Assembly: GCA_041483195.1 (NCBI GenBank)
Contig: JBGPFC010000001.1
Location: 128,001-192,000, forward strand
DNA: 64,000 nucleotides
DNA from: Candidatus Eiseniibacteriota bacterium
Lineage (GTDB): Bacteria; Eisenbacteria; RBG-16-71-46
Direction of reading: 5' to 3'
Below, in pieces: positions 46,806 to 57,298 of the stretch. The notes under the pieces were generated by a model. The model searched no databases, had not been told where the DNA came from, and was given only the letters and a program-made list of their open reading frames with translations. The position numbers and the translations under genes were made by a program. The first letter of the stretch is position 1. Each line of letters opens with the position of its first letter.

Positions 46806-47293
46806 CGGCACCCGCTTCCGCGCGCGCACGGCTGGCGGCGGTCGTGCTCTTCGCGTCAGCGATGGGCTGGCTCGAGGCGGTGGTGGTGGTGTACATCCGG
46901 GGGTTGCTCGGCATCGGGCACGTCGCGAGCTATCCGCCCGAGCGTGAGATGATGTCGCGATTCCAATCGCTCCCCTGGCTGTTGCCCACCGAGCAGACCC
47001 GCGAGGCCGCCACCCTCCTCATGCTCGGGGCGGTCGCATGGCTCGCCGCACGCACCCGCCCCGCGCGGATCGGGGCGTTGCTCGTGGCGTTCGGGGTCTG
47101 GGACGTCGCGTATTACGCCGGCCTCTTCGCCATGCTTCGGTGGCCCCCGAGCCTCGGCACCTACGACCTGCTGTTTCTCATCCCGCCCGGCCCATGGTGG
47201 TACCAGCCGGTGTGGCTCCCGCTCGCGGTCTCGGCGGCAATGATCATCCTCGGCGCGCGCCTGGTGCTCGCGGAGGCGCCGGGGGGCGGCTGA
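46802..47293 (+). CDS. Conserved hypothetical membrane protein
   Basis: ATGA overlap with polX, several TMs, and AMGWLEAVVVVY, REAATLLML, FGVWDVAYY and DLLFLIP motifs. Confidence 0.78.
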   Translation: MTAPASARARLAAVVLFASAMGWLEAVVVVYIRGLLGIGHVASYPPEREMMSRFQSLPWLLPTEQTREAATLLMLGAVAWLAARTRPARIGALLVAFGVWDVAYYAGLFAMLRWPPSLGTYDLLFLIPPGPWWYQPVWLPLAVSAAMIILGARLVLAEAPGGG

Positions 47294-47321
47294 CCCGCGC
47301 CGGCGGCGCGCGTCACGCGAC

Positions 47322-47349
47322 TGAAGTTCCACACGCCCACTGCCGAAAA
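47322..47349 (+). promoter_or_regulatory. Possible sigma-28 (FliA/SigD)-like promoter
   Basis: TGAAGTT...GCCGAAAA resembles TAAAGTT-N-GCCGATAA, upstream of the hybrid kinase. Confidence 0.3.
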
Positions 47350-47434
47350 CCAGTCGCACACCCCCTCGTTGCTCCGATCAGGCAGCCCCCCCTCCGCTGC
47401 CGGCTTTGCACGCACATTCACGCAGGAGACGGCA

Positions 47435-49678
47435 TTGCCGGTGGATCCCGATACGGGCCACGCGCGGGAGGATCGCGCGCGCGCGGCCGCACGCGACCTG
47501 CGGAGCGCCGCGGATCGCGAGATCGCTCGCCGGTCCACGCCCGGAACGATTCTGTATGTCGTCGCGTGGCTGGCGCTGGCCTTCGGCACCCCTTACCGCT
47601 CGCACCACGCGACGGTCGTCTATGGCGTGGGCGCGGCCCTGTTGGTCGCGGCCGCGCTCCGTCTGTGGCTCGGGCTCGCGTTCGAAAGCCTGTACGCCAT
47701 GGACCCCGCGCGGTGGAGAATGCTGTTCCGTGTGGGCGTGATGGCATCGGGCGCGATCTGGGGCGCCTTCACGGCGATCACGCTGAGGCTGTTCGGCCTC
47801 GAGCAGACCTCGCTGCTCGTGACGCTGGCGGCCGCGGGGATTGGCACCGGCGGAATGACGACGCTCGCCCCCGACCGTGGACTCCAGCGCTCGTTTCTCG
47901 CGCTGCTGATCGGCACTCCGATCGTCGTCCTCGGGGCGCGGGGCGACCCCGGCGCGGCGTCGCTCACGATCCTGCTGATCGTGTTTCTCGGCTTCACGCT
48001 GTTCGAGGGCACCTACCTCAGCCGGGAATACCGGCAATGGCTCGCGAATCGCGCCCTGCTGGAGGATCGCGCCCGCCAGCTCGAGGATGCGCGCCGGCAG
48101 GCGGAGCGCGCGCTCGAGATCAAGTCGGAGTTCCTCGCGAACATGAGCCACGAAATTCGCACGCCGATGAACGGCGTGATCGGGATGACCGAGCTGCTGC
48201 TCGACGGCGAGCTCGACGATCAACAGCGCGACTACGCGACGACGATCCGCAGCAGCGCCGACTCGCTGCTCGGCGTCCTCAACGACATCCTCGATTTCTC
48301 GAAGATCGAAGCCGGCAAGATGACGTTCGAGTCGGTGGACTTCGATCTGCGCTCGGTGGTCGAGGAGGTGGCGGAGCTGCTCGCGCCCAGGGCCCGCGCG
48401 AAGGGCCTCGAGCTGGTGTGCGACGTCCCGATGGGTTTTCCGGAGCGGCTGCGCGGCGATCCCTCGCGGTTGCGCCAGGTGCTCGTGAACCTCACCACCA
48501 ACGCGATCAAGTTCACGCCGCGGGGCGAGGTCACGATCGAGGCCCGGGTGCGAGAGGTGTCTTCGACCGGCGCGACGGTCCGGGTCGCGGTGCGCGACAC
48601 GGGGATCGGAATCTCCCGCGAGCGTCACGCCGCCGTGTGGGAGAGCTTCACGCAGGCGGACGGCAGCACGACCCGCGAGTTCGGCGGCACCGGCCTCGGG
48701 CTCAGCATCTCGCGCAGGATCGTCGAGCTGATGGGCGGCTGCATGGGCCTCGAGAGCGCGCCGTGCGCCGGAAGCACCTTCTGGCTCGAGCTGTCGCTCG
48801 ATGCGCCCCCGGCCGGCGACACGCGAGGCGACACCCGGGCGGCGCGCCCCGAGTCGTCGCTGCGCGGCGCACACGTCCTGGTGGTTGACGACAACGCGAC
48901 CAACCGCGCGATCCTCTCCGCACAGTTGCGGGCCTGGGGCGCGCGGCCTTCCCTCGCGGCGGACGGGGAGGCCGCGTGCACGCTGGCGCGCGCCGCCCAA
49001 GACGATCCGTTCGACCTGGTGCTGCTCGACATGATGATGCCGCGGATGGACGGCCATCAGGCGGCGGCCGCGATCCGCGCGGAGCCCGGTCATGCCGACG
49101 TCTCGCTGGTGCTGCTGTCTTCGGCCGCGGCGCTCGGCGATCCCGATGAGCTGACCGCGAAGGGATTCGTCGCCTGGCTTCACAAGCCGGTGCGACAGGC
49201 CCAGCTCCTGAACACGCTCGCGGCGGTGCTCGACCACACGGCGGTGCGGCGCTCCGGAAACCGCTCGCGCCGGATCCATGACGCGGCCAGCGATGCGTTG
49301 CGCGGGCTCCGCGTGCTGCTCGCCGAGGACCATCCGGTCAACCGCAAGGTCGCGACCCGGCTGCTGGAGCGCGCCGGCATCGAAGTGGTGCCCGCCACCA
49401 ACGGCATCGAGGCGGTGGAGACCTTCGCTCGCGGCGCTTTCGATTTCGTGCTGATGGACGTCCAGATGCCGTTGATGGACGGGCTCGAGGCCGCCGCCGA
49501 GATCCGCCGCCGCGAGCTCCCCGGCGCGAAGCGCACCCCCCTGATCGCGCTCACCGCGAACGCCATGCAGGGCGATCGGGAGCGCTGCATCGCGGCCGGG
49601 ATGGATGACTACCTTCCCAAACCGTTCAACGCCTCGGATCTGGAACAAACGCTCGGGCGCTGGCTGCGCGCGGCCTGA
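47435..49678 (+). CDS. Membrane hybrid histidine kinase with two receiver domains
   Basis: Multi-TM N-terminus, [21 protein letters not shown] and GGTGLGL motifs, REC1 (LLDMMMP) and REC2 (LMDVQMP). Start placed at TTG 47435 after AGGAG (uncertain). Confidence 0.93.
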   Translation: MPVDPDTGHAREDRARAAARDLRSAADREIARRSTPGTILYVVAWLALAFGTPYRSHHATVVYGVGAALLVAAALRLWLGLAFESLYAMDPARWRMLFRVGVMASGAIWGAFTAITLRLFGLEQTSLLVTLAAAGIGTGGMTTLAPDRGLQRSFLALLIGTPIVVLGARGDPGAASLTILLIVFLGFTLFEGTYLSREYRQWLANRALLEDRARQLEDARRQAERALEIKSEFLANMSHEIRTPMNGVIGMTELLLDGELDDQQRDYATTIRSSADSLLGVLNDILDFSKIEAGKMTFESVDFDLRSVVEEVAELLAPRARAKGLELVCDVPMGFPERLRGDPSRLRQVLVNLTTNAIKFTPRGEVTIEARVREVSSTGATVRVAVRDTGIGISRERHAAVWESFTQADGSTTREFGGTGLGLSISRRIVELMGGCMGLESAPCAGSTFWLELSLDAPPAGDTRGDTRAARPESSLRGAHVLVVDDNATNRAILSAQLRAWGARPSLAADGEAACTLARAAQDDPFDLVLLDMMMPRMDGHQAAAAIRAEPGHADVSLVLLSSAAALGDPDELTAKGFVAWLHKPVRQAQLLNTLAAVLDHTAVRRSGNRSRRIHDAASDALRGLRVLLAEDHPVNRKVATRLLERAGIEVVPATNGIEAVETFARGAFDFVLMDVQMPLMDGLEAAAEIRRRELPGAKRTPLIALTANAMQGDRERCIAAGMDDYLPKPFNASDLEQTLGRWLRAA

Positions 49679-49692
49679 GCAGGGAGAACTTC

Positions 49693-50070
49693 ATGAATCG
49701 AGACGAACGTTCCACCGACACGCCCGCGGTGTTCGTGTTCGAGCGGCTGAACGAGATCTGCACCGGCGACTCCGAATTCGAACGCGAGCTGCTCGGCGAA
49801 TTCCTGCATGGCTCCCCCGTCCTGCTCGCCCGGGCGCGGGCCGCGATCGCGGCCGCCGACGCGTCAGAACTGGAGCAGGCCGCTCACAGCCTCAAGGGCA
49901 GCGCGCGCACGCTGGGCGCGGATGCGCTCGGGGCGGCGCTGTTCGCGCTCGAGACCATGGGGCGCAACGGCGACCTCTCCCCGGCGAGCCCGGGGCTCGA
50001 GCGCGCCGAAGCGGAGTTCGAGCGGGTGCGAACGCTGCTCGAGGAGCACCTGCGCAAGTCGGCGGCCTGA
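49693..50070 (+). CDS. Hpt phosphotransfer protein
   Basis: AAHSLKGSARTLGA motif, directly after the hybrid kinase. Confidence 0.93.
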   Translation: MNRDERSTDTPAVFVFERLNEICTGDSEFERELLGEFLHGSPVLLARARAAIAAADASELEQAAHSLKGSARTLGADALGAALFALETMGRNGDLSPASPGLERAEAEFERVRTLLEEHLRKSAA

Positions 50071-50115
50071 GCCTCGCGAGGCTACGGCGGCCGCTGCCCC
50101 GCGGCGGGAGTGCCG

Positions 50116-51714
50116 CTAGGTGATCTTCTCGGCGATCGACTTGGACTGCAGGAAGAGCAGCAGGTAGTCGCGCCCGCCGGCCTTCGAGTCGGTGCCGCTC
50201 ATGTTGAAGCCGCCGAACGGGTGCGCGCCCACCATGGCTCCGGTGCACTTGCGGTTGATGTAGAGGTTCCCAACGAAGAATTCGCGCCTCGCCCGCTCGA
50301 TCTTGGCGGGGTTCTTCGTGTACACCGCGCCGGTGAGGCCGTAGTCGGTGCCGTTCGCGACCGCCAGCGCCTCGTCGAAGCTCTTCACGGGAATCACCGC
50401 CAGCACCGGCCCGAAGATCTCCTCCTGCGCGATGGTCGCGCCGTGCTTCACGTCGGCGATCACCGTGGGGTGGATGAAATAGCCGTCCTTCCCGGCGACC
50501 GCGCCGCCGCCGGTGACGAGACGGCCCTCGCGCTTGCCGGTCTCGATGTACGCGAGGATCTTGTCGCGCGCCGCGGCGTTCACCACCGGTCCCAGCGAGA
50601 CGCCGTAGTGATCCGGCTCGCCGACCGTGATCTTATCGACTTGCGCCTTGAGCTTCGCGAGAAACGCGTCGTAGACCTTTTCGCTGACGATGGCGCGCGA
50701 GCAGGCCGAGCACTTCTGGCCCTGGAAGCCGAACGCTGACGCCGCCACGCCGGCCGCCGCCGCGTCCAGGTCGCCTTCCTCGTCCACGATGATCGCGTCC
50801 TTGCCCCCCATCTCGGCGACCACCCGCTTGAGCCAGATCTGCCCGGGCTGGACGTCGGCGGCGAGGCGGTTGATGCCGACCCCGACCTCGCGCGATCCCG
50901 TGAAGGAGACGAAGCGCGTCCGGGGGTGGCGCACCAGGGTGTCACCCACGGTGCCGCCGCCGCCGCTCACGAAGTTGAAGACGCCCGGGGGCAGCCCGAT
51001 CTCTTCCATGAGCGCGAAGAACTGCCACGCGACCGCCGGCGAATCGCTCGATGGCTTGACCACCACGGTATTGCCCGACACGATCGCGGCGCTGGTCATG
51101 CCGACGCAGATCGCGAGCGGGAAGTTCCAGGGCGGGATGATCGCGCCGACCCCGAGCGGGATGTAGACCATCTGGTCCCTCTCCCCCGGCATCTGCGTCA
51201 CGGGCGGCGGCGCGTCGTATCGCAGCATCTCGCGCGCGTAGAACTCCATGAAGTCGATCGCCTCCGCGGTATCGCCGTCGGCCTCCGCCCAGCTCTTGCC
51301 CACCTCGAGCACCATCCACGCCGAAAACGTGTGGCGGCGTTCGCGCATGCGGCGCGCGGCCTCGATCAGGTAGGCGGCACGCTCGGCGGCGGGCACGCGG
51401 CTCCAGCTCGCGAACGCCGCGGTCGCGACCTCCACCGCACGGCTCGCCTGCTCGCGGCTCGCGGACTGGAACCGGCCCAGCACCTCGGAGGGGCGCGCCG
51501 GGTTGCGGCTCTCGAAAGTCTTCTCGCCCTTCTCGCGCGCTCCCCCGATGACGAGCGGCCGCTCCTGCTCGAGCTGCGAGCGCACCTCGGCGAGCGCCTT
51601 CTCGAAAGCCGCGCGATGCTCGGGCTGGCTGAAGTCCACGTAGGTCGTGGGCCGGTATTCGGGGAGCGTGCCGGCTTCGACCGGCGCGAGCGGGCGGGTG
51701 GTGGTCGGGTTCAT
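50116..51714 (-). CDS. pruA: L-glutamate gamma-semialdehyde (P5C) dehydrogenase
   Basis: PWNFPLAI, FTGSREVG, EMGGKD, GFQGQKCSACSR, EEIFGP and NRKCTGA..HPFGG motifs. Confidence 0.94.
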   Translation of the reverse strand: MNPTTTRPLAPVEAGTLPEYRPTTYVDFSQPEHRAAFEKALAEVRSQLEQERPLVIGGAREKGEKTFESRNPARPSEVLGRFQSASREQASRAVEVATAAFASWSRVPAAERAAYLIEAARRMRERRHTFSAWMVLEVGKSWAEADGDTAEAIDFMEFYAREMLRYDAPPPVTQMPGERDQMVYIPLGVGAIIPPWNFPLAICVGMTSAAIVSGNTVVVKPSSDSPAVAWQFFALMEEIGLPPGVFNFVSGGGGTVGDTLVRHPRTRFVSFTGSREVGVGINRLAADVQPGQIWLKRVVAEMGGKDAIIVDEEGDLDAAAAGVAASAFGFQGQKCSACSRAIVSEKVYDAFLAKLKAQVDKITVGEPDHYGVSLGPVVNAAARDKILAYIETGKREGRLVTGGGAVAGKDGYFIHPTVIADVKHGATIAQEEIFGPVLAVIPVKSFDEALAVANGTDYGLTGAVYTKNPAKIERARREFFVGNLYINRKCTGAMVGAHPFGGFNMSGTDSKAGGRDYLLLFLQSKSIAEKIT

Positions 51715-51794
51715 CGGGTCCTCCGCGGGCGGCGCGCACGCCGCGATGATGGTCGTGTGATGCGCGAACGAGGCAGTCTACCGCAGAGGCGCGA

Positions 51795-54700
51795 TCAGCG
51801 CATGAGCAGCATCTTGCGCGTCGCCGAGAACTCGCCCGCCCGCAGGCGATAGATGTAGATCCCCGAGCGCACGCTCTCCGTGCTCCACCCGCCGTATGGC
51901 GCGACGCCCGGCTCGAACGGCACGGCGAAGTTGCCGGGACCCTGCTCGCCCCTGACCAGCGTCGCGACCAGCTGTCCCTGCAGGTTGAACACGTCGAGCC
52001 GCACCTCGGTGCGCACCGGCAGCGCGTACCGGATCAGGGTCACGCGGCTGAACGGATTGGGCCGGTTGGGGGAAAGCGTGAAAGCGGTGGGCAGGCCGAT
52101 GCCGGTCACGGCGACGCTGGAGATGGCCTCCGCGCGCAGCTCGAGGTTGCCCGACCCGCTCGCGGCGTTCGTCGAGAAGGTGAGCATGGCGGTGTCGCGC
52201 CCCACGATTGTCGGGTGGAAGTAGACGCCGAGCGTGTCCGATGCTCCGGGCGGAATGACGAGCGAGGTGCGGCCCGGCCAGAAGGCGGACTTGCTGCACG
52301 CGACGAGCGAGATCGAGACCGGCGCCGACCCCGGGTTCGAAAGGTGCAGCGTGTCCGAGATCGTGGTGCTCACCGGCGTCTGTCCGAGATCGAGCGGCGA
52401 TGGCGAAGCGGCGAATCCCGGCACCGTGATGCCGAAGCCGAGCGCGCTCGAGTCTCGTGCCGGCCCCTCGTGCTGGAGCACGCGCACCCGCGCCTGGGTC
52501 GCGGGGGCGTTCGGCAGCAGCCAGAGATAGGCGCCGCCGGCGGCGGCCACGCTGTCGGCGATCGAGATCCACGGCGAAGCGGGCGCGGTCTGGTAGGCGA
52601 GATCGACGTCGCTGACCAGCGCGCTCTGCCACTGGATCAGGTGATTGCTCGCGTACTGCCAGATCTCGCCACCCACCGGCGACGTGAGGTGGAGCCTCAG
52701 CGTATCGGTGCCCGCTCCGGCGAGCGGGACCCGGACCGAAGCGGCATTGTATGCGTTGCTGGCCATCGTCAGCGTGTCGCCGTAACCGATCACGAGGCTC
52801 GGCAGGAACGTGACGCCGATCGTGTCACGGGCTCCGGGCGCCAGCGTCAGCATGGAGCGTCCGGGATGGAACGCGCTCCCTCCCACGGTGATCGAGCTCA
52901 CGTCGAGGCTCGCGGTGCCGGTGTTGGCGACCACCACGCTGTCGAGCGCGGCGCTGCCGATCGCGTGGGGGCCGAAGTCGATGGCCGCTGGCGTCACGCT
53001 CACGAGCGGCAGCGCGATGGTGAAGGCGGCGCTCGACGAATCCGCCGGCGAGCCGTCCCATGCGTCGCTCACCCGGATCATCGCGTCGCCGCTGGCGACG
53101 TTCGGCACCGTCCAATCGTAGCTGCCCTTGTATCCCTCGACATCGGCCACGTGCTGCCATGGGGAGGCGTAGGAGGTGCGGTACTCGATGCGGGCGAGCG
53201 CGACCCGGGGCGCGCTCCACTGAATGGTGTGGACCGAGCCCGCCGCCCACACCTCGCCGCCATCGGGAACGGAGAGCGCGAGGCTCTGCCCGCTGGTGAT
53301 CGGCATGGTCTGGGTCACGCCCAGCTTGAACAAGCCGCCACTCTGGGTGGCGAACATCAGCGCGCGGTCCCTGGCGAAGACGGAGTAGTTCGAGCCGGCG
53401 ATCCCGGTCTGCGTCGTGAAGGTGTTGACGTCCCCGCCCTGAAACGACATGTAGATGATGCCGCCGCTGTAGAGGCCGAACAGCACCACGTTCGGATCGT
53501 CGCGCGCGATGTCGGTGCCCCAGGTCGATCCGGTGGTGTGCACGCGCGGCCAGGTGAGACCGTAGTCGGAGGTGCGCTCCACGCCGCCGGTGGACCAGTT
53601 GGTCGCGAAGGTGCGCCAGTTGCGGAGCCGGGAGCACGACAGGCCGGGCACCTCGGATCCCGCCACCGTCGCCTGCGTCGTGAACTCGGTCGAGTTCGCG
53701 GAGCGCCATAGCTTGCCCTGGCCGCTCCCGGTGATGCCGTCTCCGACCTCGATCACGCTGCTGCCGCTCTCCGGTACCACCACGATGTCACACGGGCTCC
53801 TGAAGATCGTGGTGGACCAGGGCTGGAACGTCTGGCCGCGGTCGATCGAGCGGTAGAGCACGTCGTTGTCGAGACCGAGGTACAGCGTGTCCGGACGATC
53901 AGGATCCATCTCGAGCGGAATGCCGTACTCACCGAAGTTCGCGGCGTACGCGACGTTCCAGGTGACGCCGGCGTCCGGGCTGTACACGATGCGGTTCGGG
54001 ATGCCGCTCGCCGCGATGAAGTAGTTTGAATCCTTGGGCGAGACCACGAACGCGTTGGTCTTGTAGGTGTTGACGCCCGGGATGTTCCCGATCGCAATCC
54101 AGCTCTCGCCTTCGTTGAAACTGCGATAGACGATGTTGCCGAGGGCGCAATAGACCGTGTTCTTATTGAGCGGATTCACCGCGACGGTCGCGCCGCGCAC
54201 CGAGCCCGCGAACGGAATCTTCTGGACCCAGTTGCGCGTGGCGACCGAGCCGCTCGGCATGGCCCAGGTGTCGCCTCCGTCGGTGGTGCGCATCACGGCT
54301 CGCACGCGCGGGCTGGCGGCCCAGCCGTTCGGTCCCACGAAATGGAGATCGGAGATACCGCCCTGGAGCGTATGCACCAGGAACTGCCAGGTCGCGCCGC
54401 CGTCCGCGCTGCGGCGGATGAAGCCGCCTCCACCCGCGATGTACACCGAGTCTGCGCTCTGCAACCACACGGCGCGCACGTCGGGCCCCAGGTCGGCATG
54501 GAGGTCGAGCTGGGCGAACGAGACACCGCCGTCGATGCTGCGAAACGCGGTGGCGTCGTCGCCCACCGCCCACACCGCGAGCCCGTAGGAGTCCACGCAT
54601 TCGAGGACGTTGGCGGTGCCGAGCGGAACCGGCGTCCAGTTCGCGCCGCCATCCGCGGTGTTCGCGAGGAATCCGGAGGCGCCCGCGATCCAGCCGTTGC

Positions 54701-55175
54701 GCGCGTCGCGGAATCGCACCGCGTTGAGCTGGACGCCCGTACCGCTCGCCTGCGCGGACCAGGTCGCGCCGCCATCGATGGAGAGCAGCACCGTTCCGCC
54801 CGCGCCCACCGCGAACAGGCTGTCGTTCGACGCCGATTCGACGCGTCGCAGCGACGGCGCGCCGGGGGCAGTCTGCAGCGACCAGGTCCCGCCGTTGTCG
54901 GTGCTGCGCCAGATGTGCCCGCTGTCGCCCACCGCGACGATCGTGAATCCGCGGGCGGCCACGCCTCGCAGCGGCCCCGAGCCGAGCGTGGAGCTGCTCC
55001 AGGTCGAGCCGCCGTCGAGTGAGCGGAACAGGGCGCCGGAGTCGGCCACCGCGATGACGTCGTACGCGTCGCGCGATGTGACGGCGTTGAAAAACTGCGC
55101 CCGCGCCGGCGCGGCCCCGAACAGCAGGAGCAGCGAGGCCAGCGCCGCCCAGTCCGTACGATGCCTCGTCCGCAT
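51795..55175 (-). CDS. Large secreted YCF48/BNR beta-propeller protein with Ig-like (choice-of-anchor D-like) domains and a T9SS-like C-terminal domain
   Basis: Signal peptide and many S/T-x-D-G-G-x-T-W repeats. PDGGEVW and PVGGEIW modules, then NRPNPFS...FNLQGQLV...SGIYIYRL. Confidence 0.87.
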   Translation of the reverse strand: MRTRHRTDWAALASLLLLFGAAPARAQFFNAVTSRDAYDVIAVADSGALFRSLDGGSTWSSSTLGSGPLRGVAARGFTIVAVGDSGHIWRSTDNGGTWSLQTAPGAPSLRRVESASNDSLFAVGAGGTVLLSIDGGATWSAQASGTGVQLNAVRFRDARNGWIAGASGFLANTADGGANWTPVPLGTANVLECVDSYGLAVWAVGDDATAFRSIDGGVSFAQLDLHADLGPDVRAVWLQSADSVYIAGGGGFIRRSADGGATWQFLVHTLQGGISDLHFVGPNGWAASPRVRAVMRTTDGGDTWAMPSGSVATRNWVQKIPFAGSVRGATVAVNPLNKNTVYCALGNIVYRSFNEGESWIAIGNIPGVNTYKTNAFVVSPKDSNYFIAASGIPNRIVYSPDAGVTWNVAYAANFGEYGIPLEMDPDRPDTLYLGLDNDVLYRSIDRGQTFQPWSTTIFRSPCDIVVVPESGSSVIEVGDGITGSGQGKLWRSANSTEFTTQATVAGSEVPGLSCSRLRNWRTFATNWSTGGVERTSDYGLTWPRVHTTGSTWGTDIARDDPNVVLFGLYSGGIIYMSFQGGDVNTFTTQTGIAGSNYSVFARDRALMFATQSGGLFKLGVTQTMPITSGQSLALSVPDGGEVWAAGSVHTIQWSAPRVALARIEYRTSYASPWQHVADVEGYKGSYDWTVPNVASGDAMIRVSDAWDGSPADSSSAAFTIALPLVSVTPAAIDFGPHAIGSAALDSVVVANTGTASLDVSSITVGGSAFHPGRSMLTLAPGARDTIGVTFLPSLVIGYGDTLTMASNAYNAASVRVPLAGAGTDTLRLHLTSPVGGEIWQYASNHLIQWQSALVSDVDLAYQTAPASPWISIADSVAAAGGAYLWLLPNAPATQARVRVLQHEGPARDSSALGFGITVPGFAASPSPLDLGQTPVSTTISDTLHLSNPGSAPVSISLVACSKSAFWPGRTSLVIPPGASDTLGVYFHPTIVGRDTAMLTFSTNAASGSGNLELRAEAISSVAVTGIGLPTAFTLSPNRPNPFSRVTLIRYALPVRTEVRLDVFNLQGQLVATLVRGEQGPGNFAVPFEPGVAPYGGWSTESVRSGIYIYRLRAGEFSATRKMLLMR

Positions 55176-55195
55176 GGGGTGCCCTCTGCGAGGTG

Positions 55196-57280
55196 TCAGT
55201 CTTCGACGAGTCTGGCGATCGTCTCGATCTCGGCGAGCCCCGCCGCCGGCCGATGCATTACGTTTCCGGAGACCCGGGATGGCCGGATTTCAATGGTATC
55301 CACGCGGACGCCATTGCATTCCGCACGGGTGCCATCCGGGCTCAAGGGCTCGTGGAGCAGGGTCCGACCCAGCTCGCGACCATCCCGGTAGAACACGAGT
55401 TCGCACTCGCCGACCGCGACCCGGGTACCCTCCGACGAATCGGGCCTAATAGCGTAAAGGACCAGCGCGCTCACTTCAATGGGCCATCGCCAACGCAGGC
55501 GAAGGCTCTCCCCCTCCGCGGAGCGCGCGATCCACGCGATCTCGGCGGTCCGGCCGCGCGTGCGCAGGTCGCCGACCGCCCCCGCTCCGGCCGTTCCGGG
55601 CTCGACGCTCGAGGCCCGAGCTTCGGCGGAGGGCGTCGCATTCACCCACTTGGCGAGGCCCGCGCTCTCCGGCACCGGAAGCGCGGAGTGCCCAGCGTGG
55701 CACCCCACGCACTTCGTGCCAGAACCAAAGCGCGCGAAGTTGAGACCCGGCACGTGCGCGGGCCCGCGCGCTCCGCGCAGCACGTGTCCTCGCGCGTCCA
55801 CCAGCTGCTCGAACATCGGGGTGTCGGCCGGCATGTCCTCCTCATGCACGCCGCCCGCCGGCGTCACGCGGCTCTCGCGCACCAGCACCACCGTGTCTCC
55901 CCCTAAGGCCGCCGGCCGCGCGAGCGTCGCGTAGAACCGCACGCGCACGTCGCGCTGGAGCGGCGGCGCGAGCGGGAACGGGCGATCGAGCGCCGCGTTC
56001 GCGAAGACGTTGAGGCAATCGAAGCGGAAGCTCGCGACCGGCCGCTCGAGCTGATCGGCGCGCGTGAGCGGCAGCTCGGGCATCGGCTCGTCGTGCGGCG
56101 GAGCGAGCACCGGCGGCCGCTCGCGCGCGACCAGCGGCGCGGCGTCCAGCTCCAGCGTGCCCGGCAGATCCACGACCTTCGAAAGGCCGCCGCCGTCCTG
56201 ACGCACCACGTAGAGCCCGAAGTCGCCCCGGCCCTCTCGATCGAGCGACAGCACGATGCGCCCGTCCGGGAGCGGCGCGGGCGAGCAGGCCGACCCCCGA
56301 TGCGCGCCCGCCCCCGCGAGATCGCGCGGCGGCGCGAACCCGCCCGGGTAGAGCGTGACCGTCGTCCTCCCCGGATCGGGCGTGAGCGAGAGACGCTCGG
56401 CGCGCACGCCGATCAGCGAACCGTCGCGCAACATCGCGGGCTGGTAGGCCATGACGCTGGCGCGCCCGCGCGGATCGCCGCCCGCGAGCCGTATCCCGTC
56501 GCCGTCGGTCTGCACCGAGACCGCGTGCCACAGGTCCACGGTGTCGGAGGGCACGGCGCACGACCGGTCGGTCGTGACCCCGAACGGCTCGGCCTCGCTC
56601 GCGAGATAGCGATTCACCCACCACCGCGCGTACACGATGCGTCCGGTTGCGGGATCGACGGTGGGCTCCTCCGCTCCGTTGCGCTCGCTGGTCAGCCGCC
56701 GCAGTCCCTCGCCTCCCGAGCCGACCACGAACAGGTTGGTCGCGAGCACGCCGCCCTCCTGAGCGACCTGCGGGAAGCGCGTGCTGGCGAAACACACGCG
56801 GCCATCCGCAAGCCAGCACGGATCGAGATCGTCGTAGCGCACGAAGCGCTCGAGGCCCGCGCCGAGCGGCGCGAGATCGACCGCGCGATCGCCGCGCGTG
56901 ATGGCGCGCAGGCCCCGGCCGTCCGCGCCGACCACGTAGATCCGCCATGCGCTGTCCCGCGCGACGGTGCCTGCGAACACGATGCGCCTCGCGTCCCACG
57001 AGACGCTCGGATCGCTGGCGTCGAACAGCACGCCATCTCGCAGCAGGGCACGCACCCGCCCGTTGGCATCGCGCACCATGAGGCGGCCCCCGGTCGCGAG
57101 CGCGCGATGACGCGGGCCGAGGCCGGGGATGGCGCCGCGGTCATCGCCCGAGGCGGGCCGGCGCGAGACGAACACCAGCGCGGGCACCCCGGAGGGAGCG
57201 CGCGCGGGCGCCGCCGCGACGCTCGCGATCGCCGCGACCGCGAGCGCGGCGAGCGCGAAGGCGAGGCGGGAGCGATTCAT
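55196..57280 (-). CDS. Second HzsA-related protein (TolB-like propeller, HZS-alpha-like domain, one c-heme motif)
   Basis: Signal peptide, DPSVSWDARRIVFA, DLDPCWLADGRVCFASTR and GRIVYARW repeats, then MPADTPMFEQLVD...KCVGCHAGH. Confidence 0.78.
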   Translation of the reverse strand: MNRSRLAFALAALAVAAIASVAAAPARAPSGVPALVFVSRRPASGDDRGAIPGLGPRHRALATGGRLMVRDANGRVRALLRDGVLFDASDPSVSWDARRIVFAGTVARDSAWRIYVVGADGRGLRAITRGDRAVDLAPLGAGLERFVRYDDLDPCWLADGRVCFASTRFPQVAQEGGVLATNLFVVGSGGEGLRRLTSERNGAEEPTVDPATGRIVYARWWVNRYLASEAEPFGVTTDRSCAVPSDTVDLWHAVSVQTDGDGIRLAGGDPRGRASVMAYQPAMLRDGSLIGVRAERLSLTPDPGRTTVTLYPGGFAPPRDLAGAGAHRGSACSPAPLPDGRIVLSLDREGRGDFGLYVVRQDGGGLSKVVDLPGTLELDAAPLVARERPPVLAPPHDEPMPELPLTRADQLERPVASFRFDCLNVFANAALDRPFPLAPPLQRDVRVRFYATLARPAALGGDTVVLVRESRVTPAGGVHEEDMPADTPMFEQLVDARGHVLRGARGPAHVPGLNFARFGSGTKCVGCHAGHSALPVPESAGLAKWVNATPSAEARASSVEPGTAGAGAVGDLRTRGRTAEIAWIARSAEGESLRLRWRWPIEVSALVLYAIRPDSSEGTRVAVGECELVFYRDGRELGRTLLHEPLSPDGTRAECNGVRVDTIEIRPSRVSGNVMHRPAAGLAEIETIARLVED

Positions 57281-57298
57281 CGTGGCCTCGGGGCGCCG

